Shown: positions 12,010-25,669 of the stretch, piece after piece | How the letters are laid out: each line of letters opens with the position of its first letter | Position numbering within the stretch: the first letter of the stretch is position 1 | From: Octopus vulgaris | Lineage: Eukaryota | Reading direction: 5' to 3' | Assembly (NCBI GenBank): GCA_951406725.2 | Contig: OX597836.1 | Coordinates: 17,732,001-17,796,000, forward strand | Length of the DNA stretch: 64,000 nucleotides | The notes under the pieces: model-generated | Databases searched by the model: none | Told to the model about the DNA's origin: nothing | Seen by the model: only the letters and a program-made list of their open reading frames with translations | Translations under genes and position numbers: made by a program

Positions 12010-12900
12010 ATGAGAAAATATATATGGAGAGAATGTGTTAGAAAAACGTAAAGCCTGTCGAACTTGGAACGAGACAGTGGCACACATTTTTGCAGAATGC
12101 ACCAAGTTGGCACAGGAAGAATATACGGAATAGAGGCATGACCAGGTTCCAGGCTGTAGAAATTTTACACTGGAAACTGCGCCAGAAATGGGGATTTTAA
12201 GCTGGAAACACATGGTACAAGCGTCGAATCGAATGAGTTATGGAGTCGGAAAGATGTAAGAAATTGTGGGACTTTCCTATTCAAACGGACAATAAGTTAG
12301 AAAATAACGGACCGGACATTACAATTATAAATATGAGTTCAAATTCCGCCGAGGTCGACTTTGCCTTTCATCCTTTCGGCGTCGATTAAATAAGTACCAG
12401 TTACGCACTGGAGTCGATATTATCAACTTAATCCGTCTGTCCTTGTTTGTCCCCTCTGTGATTAGTCCCTTGTGGGCAGTAAAGAAATAATTATAGATAA
12501 GGGAAAGCGAAGTTGTTTACTGATCGACACCTCATGTCCGGTTGATTCCAAGATCGTAAGGAAAGGAAGAGAAAAGCCAAAAATTACAATCCCTTAAAAT
12601 TTGAAATAGGAAGAATTTGGAGCATGAGAACGGTAAAGATCATACCTATAAGAATTGGTGCGTTGGGAACAGTAAGCAAAGATATACACTAGTGGCTGAA
12701 GAAGACTGGAATGGTCGGTAGAGCTCCTACAGAAAGTTTTCTCTTCGGGACAACAAGGACAATGAAGGTTCTAAGTACGTGAAAGACTACTGAAAATTTG
12801 TGGTCACCTAAGATTACAGGTAGTAACCCGCTTCCCACATAAATCCCTACCAGGAATAAGACCGAACCTGAGCCAAGCGAAAATCACTATAGTTATAATG
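12010..12900 (+). mobile_element. Second R4/Dong-type LINE 3' fragment (CCHC knuckle plus PD..D endonuclease), interrupted by a SINE
   Basis: CRTWNETVAHIFAEC, RHDQV, LWDFPIQTD..PDITII, LLID, IGALGTV motifs across frameshifts. Confidence 0.85.
12334..12489 (+). mobile_element. tRNA/Nin-domain SINE (family B), 5'-truncated
   Basis: GCCTTTCATCCTTTCGGCGTCGAT..AAGTACCAG Nin-like block; TSD aattata(a/g)ata. Confidence 0.88.
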
Positions 12901-13257
12901 ATAATGATGGACTCTCCCGTCAGAGACGACATAAGTGTCCAGTTTTTATTGAACGACCTTCACAAAAGGTTTGTTTTTAGTGATCAAATTTTCGTGCTGC
13001 CCATTAGCTCACTCTCTCCATCAAATCCGCGTTGTCTAAACAGGTGCACGGTGAACCACGCGTCAAATGTCGAAGTGATAGTAGAGCAACGTAAGATAAA
13101 GCGTTTTGCTTAAAGAACTCAACGTACCACCTGGTCAAGGAATTGAAAACACGATGTCGCTATATTCAGTGCAACACCCTATCCATTAGGCCAAATGATA
13201 AGAGCCGCAGCAACAACAACAAATACAAAAACAACTACGGCAGCAACAACAACAATA

Positions 13258-13810
13258 ATGAGCAAACATCTGGAAGAAAACCTGTTTCCGGAAGAGCGGA
13301 AGGGATGCTGCTATGACCCATACGGATGTAAAGATCAGCTATTGATCAATAAAGCCAAGACAGCCGAAGAAAGAAGAAGGGTCTAAGTATGGCTTGGATG
13401 GACAATCGAAAAGCTTTTGATAGTATTCCCCACGCATAGATCCCAGAAACACTAACCATGAATAAGATAGCATCAAGATTTATAAAATATATAAAACATT
13501 TCATGAATAAATGGCAAACAGTGTTACAGCTCTAGACAAAAGAGGGACTCATAAAAACCAAAGCCATCCTCATTGGAAGAGGAATATTCCAGGGAGAAAC
13601 GCTCTTTCCACTCCTTTTCTGCTTGGCACTGACACCTTTATCTGATATGCTAAGCAGAACTGGATGTGGATACAACTGTCGCTGCAATAATAATAATATC
13701 TGACACACTAGGCATAACACCAACATGAACTTCTAACTTGTTGTTTCTTGAGGTCTGTGGGTGAGATTTAGTGTTAATTTGTAAAAATACAAAGCAAAAG
13801 TCAAACATCT
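13258..13810 (+). mobile_element. R4/Dong-type reverse transcriptase fragment fused by internal deletion to the 3'UTR
   Basis: EERKGC..GCKDQLLINK, AWMDNRKAFDSIPH, RGIFQGETLFPLLFCLALTPLS; ends in (AAT)n. Confidence 0.88.
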
Positions 13811-13832
13811 AATAATAATAATAATAATGATG

Positions 13833-13899
<67 letters not shown>

Positions 13900-13913
13900 T
13901 AATAATAATAATA

Positions 13914-14508
13914 AATGCTCTGATGCAGTACCAATGCCCTGATGCAGTATAAATGCCCTGATGCAGTACCAGGCAGCGCCTCTCATGGCTTCTGATCTTA
14001 ACTGATTGGAAGTGTTATCATGTACATTGTTTTGTCTTGGTATAAAAGATGGGCTACAGCAAATATTCTGCTCAATACCACAGATTTGCTTGTCAGTTGT
14101 TTGACCTTAACCAGTTGAGCATGTCCCTTAGTGGCTGACGATATGTGCATCTCTAATCACGAGCAGAAGTAGTGGGGGAGTATCATAGCCGTGTGTTGAG
14201 AGGGATTCTTTGGGGTTTGAATAATTCACCTCTGGAAACATGGGTGTTTCGTTCAACATCCTTAAACAACCCTTATTCAGGGACCTTTCGAGTGGGATGG
14301 GTTACTCGACATGAAAAAAATTCTAACTGGGCCCCACCTGCAAGGTCATATGCTGTTTATCTTGATATGAGATCACCATGTCGCGCACATATGGTTGTGA
14401 TGCATGTGCCTAGTATACCCTTATCAGACGGGTAGTCATGATGGGTATACTGGGCTTCGTATATTTTACCCCAGTGTCACTTTGATGGCATGCACTGCTC
14501 TCTCACTC
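13914..14508. mobile_element. ~590-bp non-coding (AAT)n-inserted repeat (family C), copy 1
   Basis: Near-identical to 14930-15472; partial copies at 1-26, 37455-37575 and 58088-58475; (AAT)n flanks. Confidence 0.85.
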
Positions 14509-14554
<46 letters not shown>

Positions 14555-14555
<1 letters not shown>

Positions 14556-14745
14556 GTTCAAATTTTGGCACAACGCCAACAATTTCGAGGAATAGAATAA
14601 GTCGATTACATCGACCCAGTTTGCAACTGGTATTTATTTTATCGTCTCCGAAAAGATGAAAGTCAAAGTCGACCTTGGTGGAATTTAAATTCAGGACATA
14701 AAGCATTTTGCCCGGTGTGCTAACGTTTTTGCCAGCTCGCGCCTC
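14555..14745 (-). mobile_element. SINE family B variant with alternative 3' tail (..CCAAAATTTGAA)
   Basis: Reverse Nin-like block GATGAAAG(T/G)CAAAGTCGACC. Confidence 0.75.
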
Positions 14746-14747
14746 TG

Positions 14748-14790
<43 letters not shown>

Positions 14791-14834
14791 AATAATAATA
14801 ATAATAATAACGTTTTTGCCAGCTCGCGCCTCTG

Positions 14835-14913
<79 letters not shown>

Positions 14914-14929
14914 TAATAATAATAATAAT

Positions 14930-15472
14930 GAATGCCCTGATGCAGTACCAGGCAGTGGCTCTCATGGCTTCTGATCTTAACTGATTGGAAGTGTTATCAT
15001 GTACATTGTTTTGTCTTGATATAAAAGATAGGCTACAGCAAATATTCTGCTCAATACCACAGATTTGCTTGTCACTTGCTTGACTTAACCAGTTGAGCAT
15101 GTCCCTTGGTGGCTGACGATATGTGCATCTCTGATCACGAGCAGAAGTAGTGGGGGAGCATCATAGCCATGTGTTGAGAGGGATTCTTTGTGGTTTGAAT
15201 AATTCACCTTTGGAAACATGGGTGTTTCGTTCAACATCCTTAAACAACCCTTATTCAGGGACCTTTTGAGCGGGATGGGCTACTCGACCAGAACAAAATT
15301 CTAACTGGGCCCCACCTGCAAGGTCATGTGCTGTTTATCTTGATATGAGATCACCATGTCGCGCACATATGGTTGTGATGCATGTGCCTAGTGTACCCTT
15401 ATCAGACGGGTAGTCATGATGGGTATACTGGGCTTCGTATATTTTACCCCATTGTCATTTTGATGGCATGCA
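14930..15472. mobile_element. Family C repeat, copy 2
   Basis: Direct repeat of 13950-14495. Confidence 0.85.
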
Positions 15473-15477
15473 AAATG

Positions 15478-15510
<33 letters not shown>

Positions 15511-17234
15511 TATTAATAATAATAATTTTTCTATGAAACGACTGAGCGTTGAATATAATCATTTGAAGTACTTTTAGGAAATTGTTTGAAGTGATTAACT
15601 GATCTGAAAATAACTCCTGTAAGGTAAGACCACTTGCGACTCACACGAATAAGGGATCAACACTGTTGATGTTAAGAGCGATTGAAGATTACGGGCGTTG
15701 AATAGTTATAAGAGAATAATTCTCCGTCGCCTTTTCGTTTTAGCAAAATTTATGTTTGAATTTAAGTTGTATCAGCAACTGCAATGCAGCTTCTCGGAGA
15801 AAGTAAATTAATGAATATACGCAAAGGTATATTTCAAAAGTACACTGGCGTCAGAAATTAATTAGCACTTCTCAAATTTCTACATTAAATAGGTTAAATC
15901 AATTAACCTATGAGCTGTTCAAAACGTCTTACGCGATGAGAAAACTTAGTACGGTGTGATTTCGGTCCTTGCGAGGCGCTACCTATATCTATTAAACAAA
16001 GGAAGATTTGTCTGCATCCGCACTCCAAGTTGTTGTTGCACTGCTATGTCAACATCATAAGGCTGTAGACTCTCAAACTGCTCTGCAAACAAAGTTACGT
16101 CATCGTTCTGCGCAACAGTGAACTCGCAACAAAGCAATAGTTCGAGATATGGCCACTAGGTGACAGCACATACCTTGAGTGAAGAGCAAATCAAGGGTGC
16201 TAATTAATTTCTGACGGTAGTGTATAGTGCTAAAGTGTATTTGAAAATCCAGAAATATGGTCGTTGATCTATGAAAGACTTTCAGTAATGTAGCAATGTT
16301 TATCAAACGGGAATATACAAATAACTACACGCGTCATCAAAGAAAAAGAAATTAAAGATGAAAAAATATAAACAATATTTGGAAAGATTAGAATCTAATA
16401 TAAATGAGTATAGACTGATCAGTGTCAAAAGCTGTCGTTCAGAGACTCCCACGCCGGAAGAGAATTACTGAGAGAAAAATACTTGACATGAACTTCAGTG
16501 TAAGTCATTGTGTACTTTACAGAGACGAAGGGTTAATCGATAAATGTTACAGAGGCTTCTTCTTGAAGATACAAGTACATTCTGCAAAGAAATCAAAAGA
16601 AAAAAAAAGAAGAAAATTCACGAAATGTGAACAAATACTTTAACTATGTTGTATTGTGACCAGAAGATATTCAAATGAGTAATTGTATTTCGCCAAAAAT
16701 CATATATCTTCATTGGTGGTATTCTTGAGACGGCGATAAAAATATTTCATGATGATAGGAAGAGATTTGATTGCTAATTACGAATTCAAATGTCTGACTT
16801 TCTGTTAAGAAAGTCTTAATTAGTAATCTGCCAAGAGAGATAGAAATATTCTAAGATTGTTGATTAAAGCAACTCGCGTGGCTAAAATCTACCGGCTAAT
16901 TGTATGCTAGGATTTAGTGGAGTAAAATATACTCAACCTCGACGAAATTATTTATCTCGGATCATTGTGATGGTAATAATATCATCTTCACTAAGCAAAC
17001 GGCTTGAGATAAAGCAGCTCAAGGAAGAAATGTGCAACTTCTTATCAACAAAACTGTGATGTTATGGACGCGTGACCGAGGCAAAGTCAGCGTCTGTTGC
17101 AAGAGACAACATCTGAATCTGTTCTTCACTCGAAGATACAAGAGGTCTTTTGGCCGTATTGTTATTGAACGGATTTACTATCGCAGGGATTTATGCAGGA
17201 TTGTCTTAAATAATAGCGATGACAACAACAATAA

Positions 17235-17555
17235 TAATAATGGTTTCAAATTCTGGCCTGACATTTCGCGGGAGGCGCTAAGTACTAATTTTATCGACCG
17301 CGAAAGGATGAAAGGCGTGGTCGATCTCGGCGGAATTTGAACTCAGATAGTAAAAGAGGACGAAATGCTGCTAATCATTTGTACGACGTGCTAACGTTTC
17401 TGCCATGTCGCCACCTTAACAACAATAATAATAATCCTTTCTAATATAGGCACAAGGCCTGAAAATTCAGGGGCGGGTGTAAGTCGTTTACATCGATTCC
17501 AGCTCTCAAATGGTACTAATTTTATCGACTTCGAAAAGGTGAAAGACAAAGTTTC
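17235..17555 (-). mobile_element. Two decayed family B-variant SINEs
   Basis: AAGGATGAAAGGC..GGCGGAATTTGAACTCAG blocks. Confidence 0.7.
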
Positions 17556-17589
17556 TTAAACCAAATTCATACGCAAACATATGTTCGTC

Positions 17590-18100
17590 CCGGGCCAAAC
17601 ACAGAAGATGCATGCTCACCAAGGTGCTGCACAATGGGACTGAAATCGGAACCAAGGAGTTTCAAAGCGGTTTTCTTAACTATACAGCTATTGCTGTGCG
17701 TTGTAGAAGTGTTGTTCTTATCTGTTCTTCATTTGCCCAATCGTGTCTGGTATTGATCCTGTACGGTCTTCTCTTATATTAGTCTGAATTGTATTTGAAA
17801 TCTAGATATTAGTATGTAACATTGTTTCTATCGGCCTCGTTTGCTGAACCGTAAACTTACAGGAACGCAAACAAAGGATCACCGGTTTTCAAGCGATAAC
17901 AAATCGTGCAAATGCAAAGACACACACACACACACATGCACACAAACGCATTTACATGACGGGCTTCCACACATTTCTGTTTAGTAATTTCACTCACAGG
18001 GCATTGTTCGGCCCGGGGCTATAGTAGAAGACATTTTCCCAAGGTGCCACGCAACGAGATTGAACCTGAAATTATGGCTGGGAAGCAAGCTTCTTTCCAC
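17590..18100 (-). mobile_element. Decayed family A SINE fragments
   Basis: CCAAGGTGC..GGGACTGAA and GGCTATAGTAGAAGAC blocks. Confidence 0.65.
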
Positions 18101-18756
18101 TTGGCAAATGTTTTTTTTTTCTATAGCCTCATGTCAGTCCATACATTGAGAGTAAAACTGGGCAGAGGAAAACTGTATAGAAGCCCCACGGGTGGATTGT
18201 ACACATATTACAAAAGGTCTAGTCATGGCATACACGGTGAGCCGCAGAGTGGGATCGTACCGCCACGTCGTTGTAAAGCGAGTTTCTTATCCACAGAGCC
18301 ATGCCAGCGACCATATAACCTTCGGAACATTCATTCACATGATCTCTAAGAAATATCTGCTTATAATGCACTTCCCTTGCTAGATAAATGCATTTTACCT
18401 TATGACGAAAAGGGCGCCAGAATCTTTTTAAACTGTATAATTGACAAAAACCACACATACATTAATATACATGCATAGCCAAATATTACATTCTTACAGA
18501 CAAGTAGAAGTATGAAGCAGTTTATGCATCCGTGTTTATATATATATGTTTTGCGAATGAAAAACGTGTGTATGGAATTAAAATATGCGTGGAGATTAGA
18601 TGTTCTGTTAGTATTTTGCATTTTGCATTGGTCTCATGACTTCCAAAGTTCCAAAGGGAGTAATTAGCGTTTATTTATGTATGTATGGATGGATTTATGT
18701 ATGTATGCATGTATGCACGTATCTATCCATTCGTGTTTGCATGTATGTATGTATAC

Positions 18757-18791
<35 letters not shown>

Positions 18792-18799
18792 TGTATATG

Positions 18800-18836
<37 letters not shown>

Positions 18837-18989
18837 GTGTGTGTGTATGTATGTATATACATATATATGTATATATATATGTATGCACATATACGTATAC
18901 ACACAATGTATGTGTAACAGTGTGTGAATTTATGTGTATATACATACGTACACACGTTTGCTCTACAGATATATACATACATACATATA

Positions 18990-19049
<60 letters not shown>

Positions 19050-19563
19050 GTGTGTGTACACACGCGTTTATGCGTGTATGTATAGATAGATATTCAGTCA
19101 TTAATCTAGACATCCCGTGCACGTGCTCACATACATCTATATACACACATGCACAGAGAAATATCTAAGTACATAGATATATACTCGTATTTATTTATTT
19201 ATACACATTTACATGTACCAGCGTACATAGGCACACATACACACACACATATATACATAGTGAATAACGAATGCTTTGGTAGCTTCTGAATGTCTAATTA
19301 TTTTGCGATAGAATAAAGGTTTGCTTAATTAAATTATCCTGAAGTAATCAAGTTTTATACTCGCCCGTCCTCTAAACACACCTATCTACCAGAGGATATA
19401 AACATGCACATATAAATACATAAAAAAACACATACGTAACAATACCCAGTGAAAGATTACGAGAAGCACGAACATGCAGATTTACACAAAAAGAGAGATG
19501 CTACATTCACACTCATACATGCATGTACATGACCACACAGATACATATATATATGTATATGTA

Positions 19564-19594
<31 letters not shown>

Positions 19595-19708
19595 GCGTGT
19601 GTGAATGTGTATGAATTCATGCAGATTTATATACACAGACATTTGCTTATTTATAAAAACTATATATATATATATATATAATATATACTAAGCAATAAAG
19701 GGTTTATA

Positions 19709-19766
<58 letters not shown>

Positions 19767-20889
19767 GATGTAAATAATTAGATGAACATTTACACACACA
19801 CACACACACACAAATACAGAAACACATATATTTATATGTGCATAAATGGAAATAGAATTGTACATACGTACATATTTATATACACATATACATACATTCA
19901 CATGTATATTTATATGTGTGTGTCTATATGTAATATTTGTGTATGCATATATAAAACTGGTACTTCGTCGGCTACAAGTTTTGTGTCCCGGTTGTTCTGA
20001 CCAGCTTGCTCATGAACGTAACGTGCAAGTGGCTGAGCATTCCACAGAGATACGTACAATTAAATTTGTTCTCAGCGTGACAGAGAATGCTGCAAGGTTT
20101 GCCATTTCAAATACAGAAATTACTCAATTTAGCCAGCTGAGTAGACTGGAGCAACGTGAGATAAAGTATATTTCTTTCAAGGCCACAATTCACTTCAAGG
20201 AATCGAACTCCCGATCTTACGACTGTGAGCCGAATCCCCTAGTCACTAAGCCACACGTTTCTGACAGAAACCTATCTCATTGAGCTCAGTTAACCGATTG
20301 GACATGATACAGGAATTCTTAGATGGTTACCTGAAATTGGCCTGCTCTTTGTAAATGCTTGTCACGTGGTGTTATTAGAAGTGAGATCGACATTCCAGCG
20401 TCACCAGATCCATTAAGAAAGAGAATTCTTTGAACTGCGTGGCTGGACAGGAAGTTGATGGTAGCTTGCAATTGGACCGGTCTATGAATGGACTTCCGGC
20501 GAAGGTTTTGTGTGTGTGTGTCTGTATGTTTGTGTGCGTGTGTGTCTGTGTGTGCGTGTGGTGTGCGTTTGTGCATGTAAGCGTGTGTGTATTCGTGTGT
20601 GTGTCTGTGTGTGCATTGCAAATATACGAGTGCCTTGATGGTATCTGATGCCTATGCGTGTGTACCTGCTATACGAATGGGTGTGTGAGCGGGGGTGTAT
20701 GAGTGAGAGCTGATGACATCAGCTCATTGTGGTGCGTATGTGCGTATATATGAGTGCAGGTACCTATCAGCCATATGTGAATTCTCGCATATGACTGCGT
20801 ATTCGTCAAGTTTGTTTAAACCTCGTCACTGCTAAGCCCCGATGCGGCTACTGATATTTCCGACGAGGCGATCCACGAGCACATCTCAA

Positions 20890-21112
20890 TCTCTCTCTTT
20901 TACTCTTTTACTTGTTTCAGTCATTTGACTGCGGCCATGCTGGAGCACCGCCTTTAGTCGAGCAAATCGACCCCGGGACTTATTTTTTGTAAGCCCAGTA
21001 CTTATTCTATCGGTCTCTTTTGCCGAACCGCTAAGTGACGGGAACGTAAACACACCAGCATTGGTTGTCAAGCAATGCTAGGGGGACAAACATAGACACA
21101 CAAACACACACA

Positions 21113-21158
<46 letters not shown>

Positions 21159-21321
21159 GACAGGCTTCTTTCAGTTTCCGTCTACCAAATCCACTCACAA
21201 GGCATTGGTCAGCCCGGGGCTATAGCGGAAGACACTTGCCCAAGATGCCACGCAGTGGGACTGAACCCGGAACCATGTGGTTGGTTAGCAAGCTACTTAC
21301 CACACAGCCACTCCTGCGCCT
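20890..21321 (-). mobile_element. SINE family A, full length and young
   Basis: Near-consensus reverse copy ending ...CACACAGCCACTCCTGCGCC. Confidence 0.92.
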
Positions 21322-21834
21322 ATGGTAATACTAATACTGATTGTTTTAGACAAAGCTATGGCTTTGAATCTGCCCAGAGTTATCTTTCCTTGCTATTTCG
21401 CATTAAAAAAGGCCAGAAAGCGTCAAAAACGCATCACGGATTCCAGACAGATTTGCTGTTTTCACTACTGGGAAGGTATGGTGTTTTTACGATTTTTAGC
21501 TTTAGGGAGCACTTTTCTCATCGATGACTGCAGTGAATTTGCCTTTCGAAGTAAAAATACACTCACACACACAAACACCCCGACACACCGACACACGCAC
21601 CAATACATGCGCGCACACACATACACACAAGCCAGTAAACACATACATCGCGGATTTTCACCTATCACATACGGTTTTGGAATGTAACACCAGCGATAGT
21701 CGAGAGATTACTATTTTTAGTACTTTATTTAGTTCTAGGTAAATGTTTTATGGTATCTTCAATTTTTTTCTGTATGGTATGATTTAAGTATATCATTGTT
21801 GAATTGCTACATGGTAGTTCTTCTCTAATTAATA

Positions 21835-21949
21835 CACGCACACACACACACACATATATATATATATACATATATATGTACATATATATGTACATATATA
21901 TGTACATATATATGTATATATATATAAATATGTATATATATATATATAC

Positions 21950-22003
<54 letters not shown>

Positions 22004-22354
22004 ATACATATATATACATACATATACATATACATATATATATACATACTTACATATATATATACATATATATATATACATACATATATATATATACACA
22101 TACATATTTATATATACATACATATATATACATATATATATACATACATATATATACATATATATATACATATATATGCATATATATATATACATATATA
22201 TATATACATATATATATGCATACATATATATTCATACATGTATATACATACATATATATACATATATATGCATATATATATACACATATATATATATATA
22301 TATATACATATATATACATATATATATGCATACATATGTATTCATACATATATT

Positions 22355-22387
<33 letters not shown>

Positions 22388-22415
22388 ACATATATATGCA
22401 TATATATATACATGC

Positions 22416-22452
<37 letters not shown>

Positions 22453-22508
22453 CATATATATACATATATATGCATATATATATATATATATACATATATA
22501 TACATACA

Positions 22509-22540
<32 letters not shown>

Positions 22541-22590
22541 CATACATCGATATACATACATGTATAGATATATACACACACAAACACATA
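21835..22590. repeat. ~750-bp degenerate (TA)n/(TACA)n microsatellite
   Basis: Read directly; source of the 291-aa Y/I pseudo-ORF. Confidence 0.95.
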
Positions 22591-22912
22591 TGCATAGGCG
22601 TCGAATAGAGGTACGTTGGTACAGAAGTCTATTCATTCTGCCGGATATGAAAACTATCACGTATACATTTTGCAATTAATAGAAGCCTGGTAAAAGAAAC
22701 GCATATATTCTTTGAGTTAATATAAAGAAACCACCTATTTTGAAAAAATCTTAGCAGTAATCAAACACCGAAATTGAATTTATATACATACCACGTGGAA
22801 AATTACTATACATACAGAAATGCGACGAAAAATTCCTGAGTCAGCTATTCTTGAGAGGAGTACATTCCAGAAAAATTTTAGTTGGCTTATGAACTGAACC
22901 AAGACTTATACC

Positions 22913-23329
22913 TATTTCTTTACTACCCACAAGGGGCTAAACACAGAGAGGGCAAACAATGACAGACGAACGGATTAAGTCGATTATATCGACTCTAGTG
23001 CGTAACTGGTACTCATTTATTCGACCCCGAAATGATGAAAGGCGAAGTCGACCTTGGCGGAATTTGAACTCAGAACGTAACGGCAGACGAAATACCTATT
23101 TCTTTACTACCCACAAGGATCTAAACATAGAGAGGGCAAACAAGGACGGATAAACGGATTAAGTCGATTATATCGACTCCAGTGCGTAACTGGTACTTAA
23201 TTTATCGACCCCGAAAGGATGAAAGGCGAAGTCGACTTTGGCGGAATTTGAACTCAGAACGTAACGGCAGACGAAATACCGCTAAGCATTTCGCCCGGCG
23301 TGCTAACGATTCTGCCAGTTCGCCACCTT
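22913..23329 (-). mobile_element. Head-to-tail dimer of family B SINE inside one TSD
   Basis: TSD ACCAAGACTTATACC at 22898-22912 and 23330-23344; internal junction ..GACGAAATACCTATTTCTTT... Confidence 0.88.
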
Positions 23330-23439
23330 ACCAAGACTTATACCAGTTCCGCAGAAATGTTAGGGAAGATTTATTCCTAGACTACACGGAAAGACTTAAA
23401 GACTTGGGTACAGTTGCGGAAATCCGCTGCCAGTAAATC

Positions 23440-23790
23440 ACCCCAAACGTTGTAGTAAAATTAAGTGCTATAGTTCCTCAACGATGCACGCCCACAATAC
23501 CGTCCAACCCTACCATCGAAGCCATTGAAAAATTGGGCTTCGAGTTGCTGGAACACTGTGCATACCGTCCAGATCTCGTCCATTCCGACTATCACCTCAT
23601 TGGGCAGCGCAAACATCCTTTACGATGTGGTCGATATGCTACGCGTGAAGAAGCTCAGGAAACTACATAAATTGCCAAGCATTCTACTACGATGCTATAA
23701 GGAAGCCAGTGAACCGCTGGAAGAAGTACATCGAAAAGCAAAGAGATTTTGTTGGAAATGATGTAATTATTCAATGCCTGCTTTTGTTTT
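23440..23790 (+). mobile_element. Mariner transposase fossil
   Basis: NDARP..TIEAIEKLGFELLEHCAYRPDLVHSDYHL..RWKKYIE, a degenerate HPPYSPDLAPSDYHL motif. Confidence 0.75.
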
Positions 23791-23834
23791 AGTAAATTAC
23801 AGACAAGAATGCATATAATTATTTACTTAGCATG

Positions 23835-23906
<72 letters not shown>

Positions 23907-24021
23907 TATACATGTATATATACATATATATATACATGTATATATATATATATACATACATATATATATATATACATATATATATACATATATATATATA
24001 TATACATACTTATATATATAT

Positions 24022-24102
<81 letters not shown>

Positions 24103-24290
24103 CATGCACACACATGTGCCTCTCTTTAATGACTTCTGTACAGAGATAGAGGTATTAGCACAGGTTTTAGATACAAAATTTAATACCTTCACACGTATAT
24201 ACATGCAGACATATATAGAAATGTATCACACGCACATTCTAACAGGTACGTTTGAAACAAACCAATATACACCCATAGACATAAACATAC

Positions 24291-24399
<109 letters not shown>

Positions 24400-24404
24400 T
24401 ATAC

Positions 24405-24463
<59 letters not shown>

Positions 24464-24912
24464 TATATATATATATGCTTGTGTATTTGTATATACACAT
24501 GTCTGTATGTGTATGTATGATGTGTGTATATATGTTTGCTTCTGTTTATGTATGTGTATAGAAACACGCGCATACATGCCAGAATCTACAGAAAGCAACG
24601 CCATTTTTGTAACACTATTACGAAATTTATTCTCTTTTTGATTTTCATTTGGAAAAAAAAGAAAAAGATGTATTTATACAAGAATGTTCTACTTCTAATA
24701 AGATTAGTCAATGCTAACTGTTTATACATCTTAATGCCTACCAAACATGGCGGACAGCGAAGGAAAGAGAAAAAAACTGTCACAAATATGGCGGAAAATA
24801 TATTCTTTTTTCCCCTAAATTTGACGGCTTGTTGAATATTTTACAGTCTTTTCACTCTAATTATATTCTTCGAACTAAGACCTACAGCTGGTAGTTGTTT
24901 CATTATTTCAAT

Positions 24913-25078
<166 letters not shown>

Positions 25079-25201
25079 TATATATATAAATATCTATATA
25101 TATGTATATATATCTAAACATGTGTATATATACATATATAAAACTATGTATGCGTGTATATATATATATATGTAATTGTCTGTGTCTGTATATAAATATA
25201 T

Positions 25202-25283
<82 letters not shown>

Positions 25284-25618
25284 GTGAAAAATATATGGTT
25301 GTATTTGGCTGTGTGTGTGTGCGCATGCGTGACTTTGTGTGAATACGCATGTGCGTGTGTGCGCTTGCTTATAATTCCAATGTCTATTTATTTTATTTGA
25401 GCGACTTTCGTTTTTATTTGTTCGAGGTACATTGGTAGGTTTGTTTTTCTGTTTAGATATACACTTGTGCGCGCGCGAGTGTGTTCGTGAGTGTAGGTGC
25501 AGGCATATTAATAAAACATGTGTTTCGCAACCGTGTGATTTCAGGTTCAACCCCAATGAGAGGAATCTTGGACAGTTTCTTCTACTGGAAACATCAGACG
25601 ATCTAACTATTTTGGGGG

Positions 25619-25667
<49 letters not shown>

Positions 25668-25669
<2 letters not shown>

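Noticed and set aside
20710-20750. CTGATGA followed by a CATCA/TGGTG stem as a possible hammerhead
   Set aside because: No GAAA after the stem and no helix I or III; the CTGATGA is part of a simple palindrome.
21804-22679. 291-aa ORF and dozens of similar Y/I/H/T/M/V/C-rich ORFs
   Set aside because: Translations of (TA)n/(TACA)n/(CA)n microsatellites, which lack stop codons; not genes.
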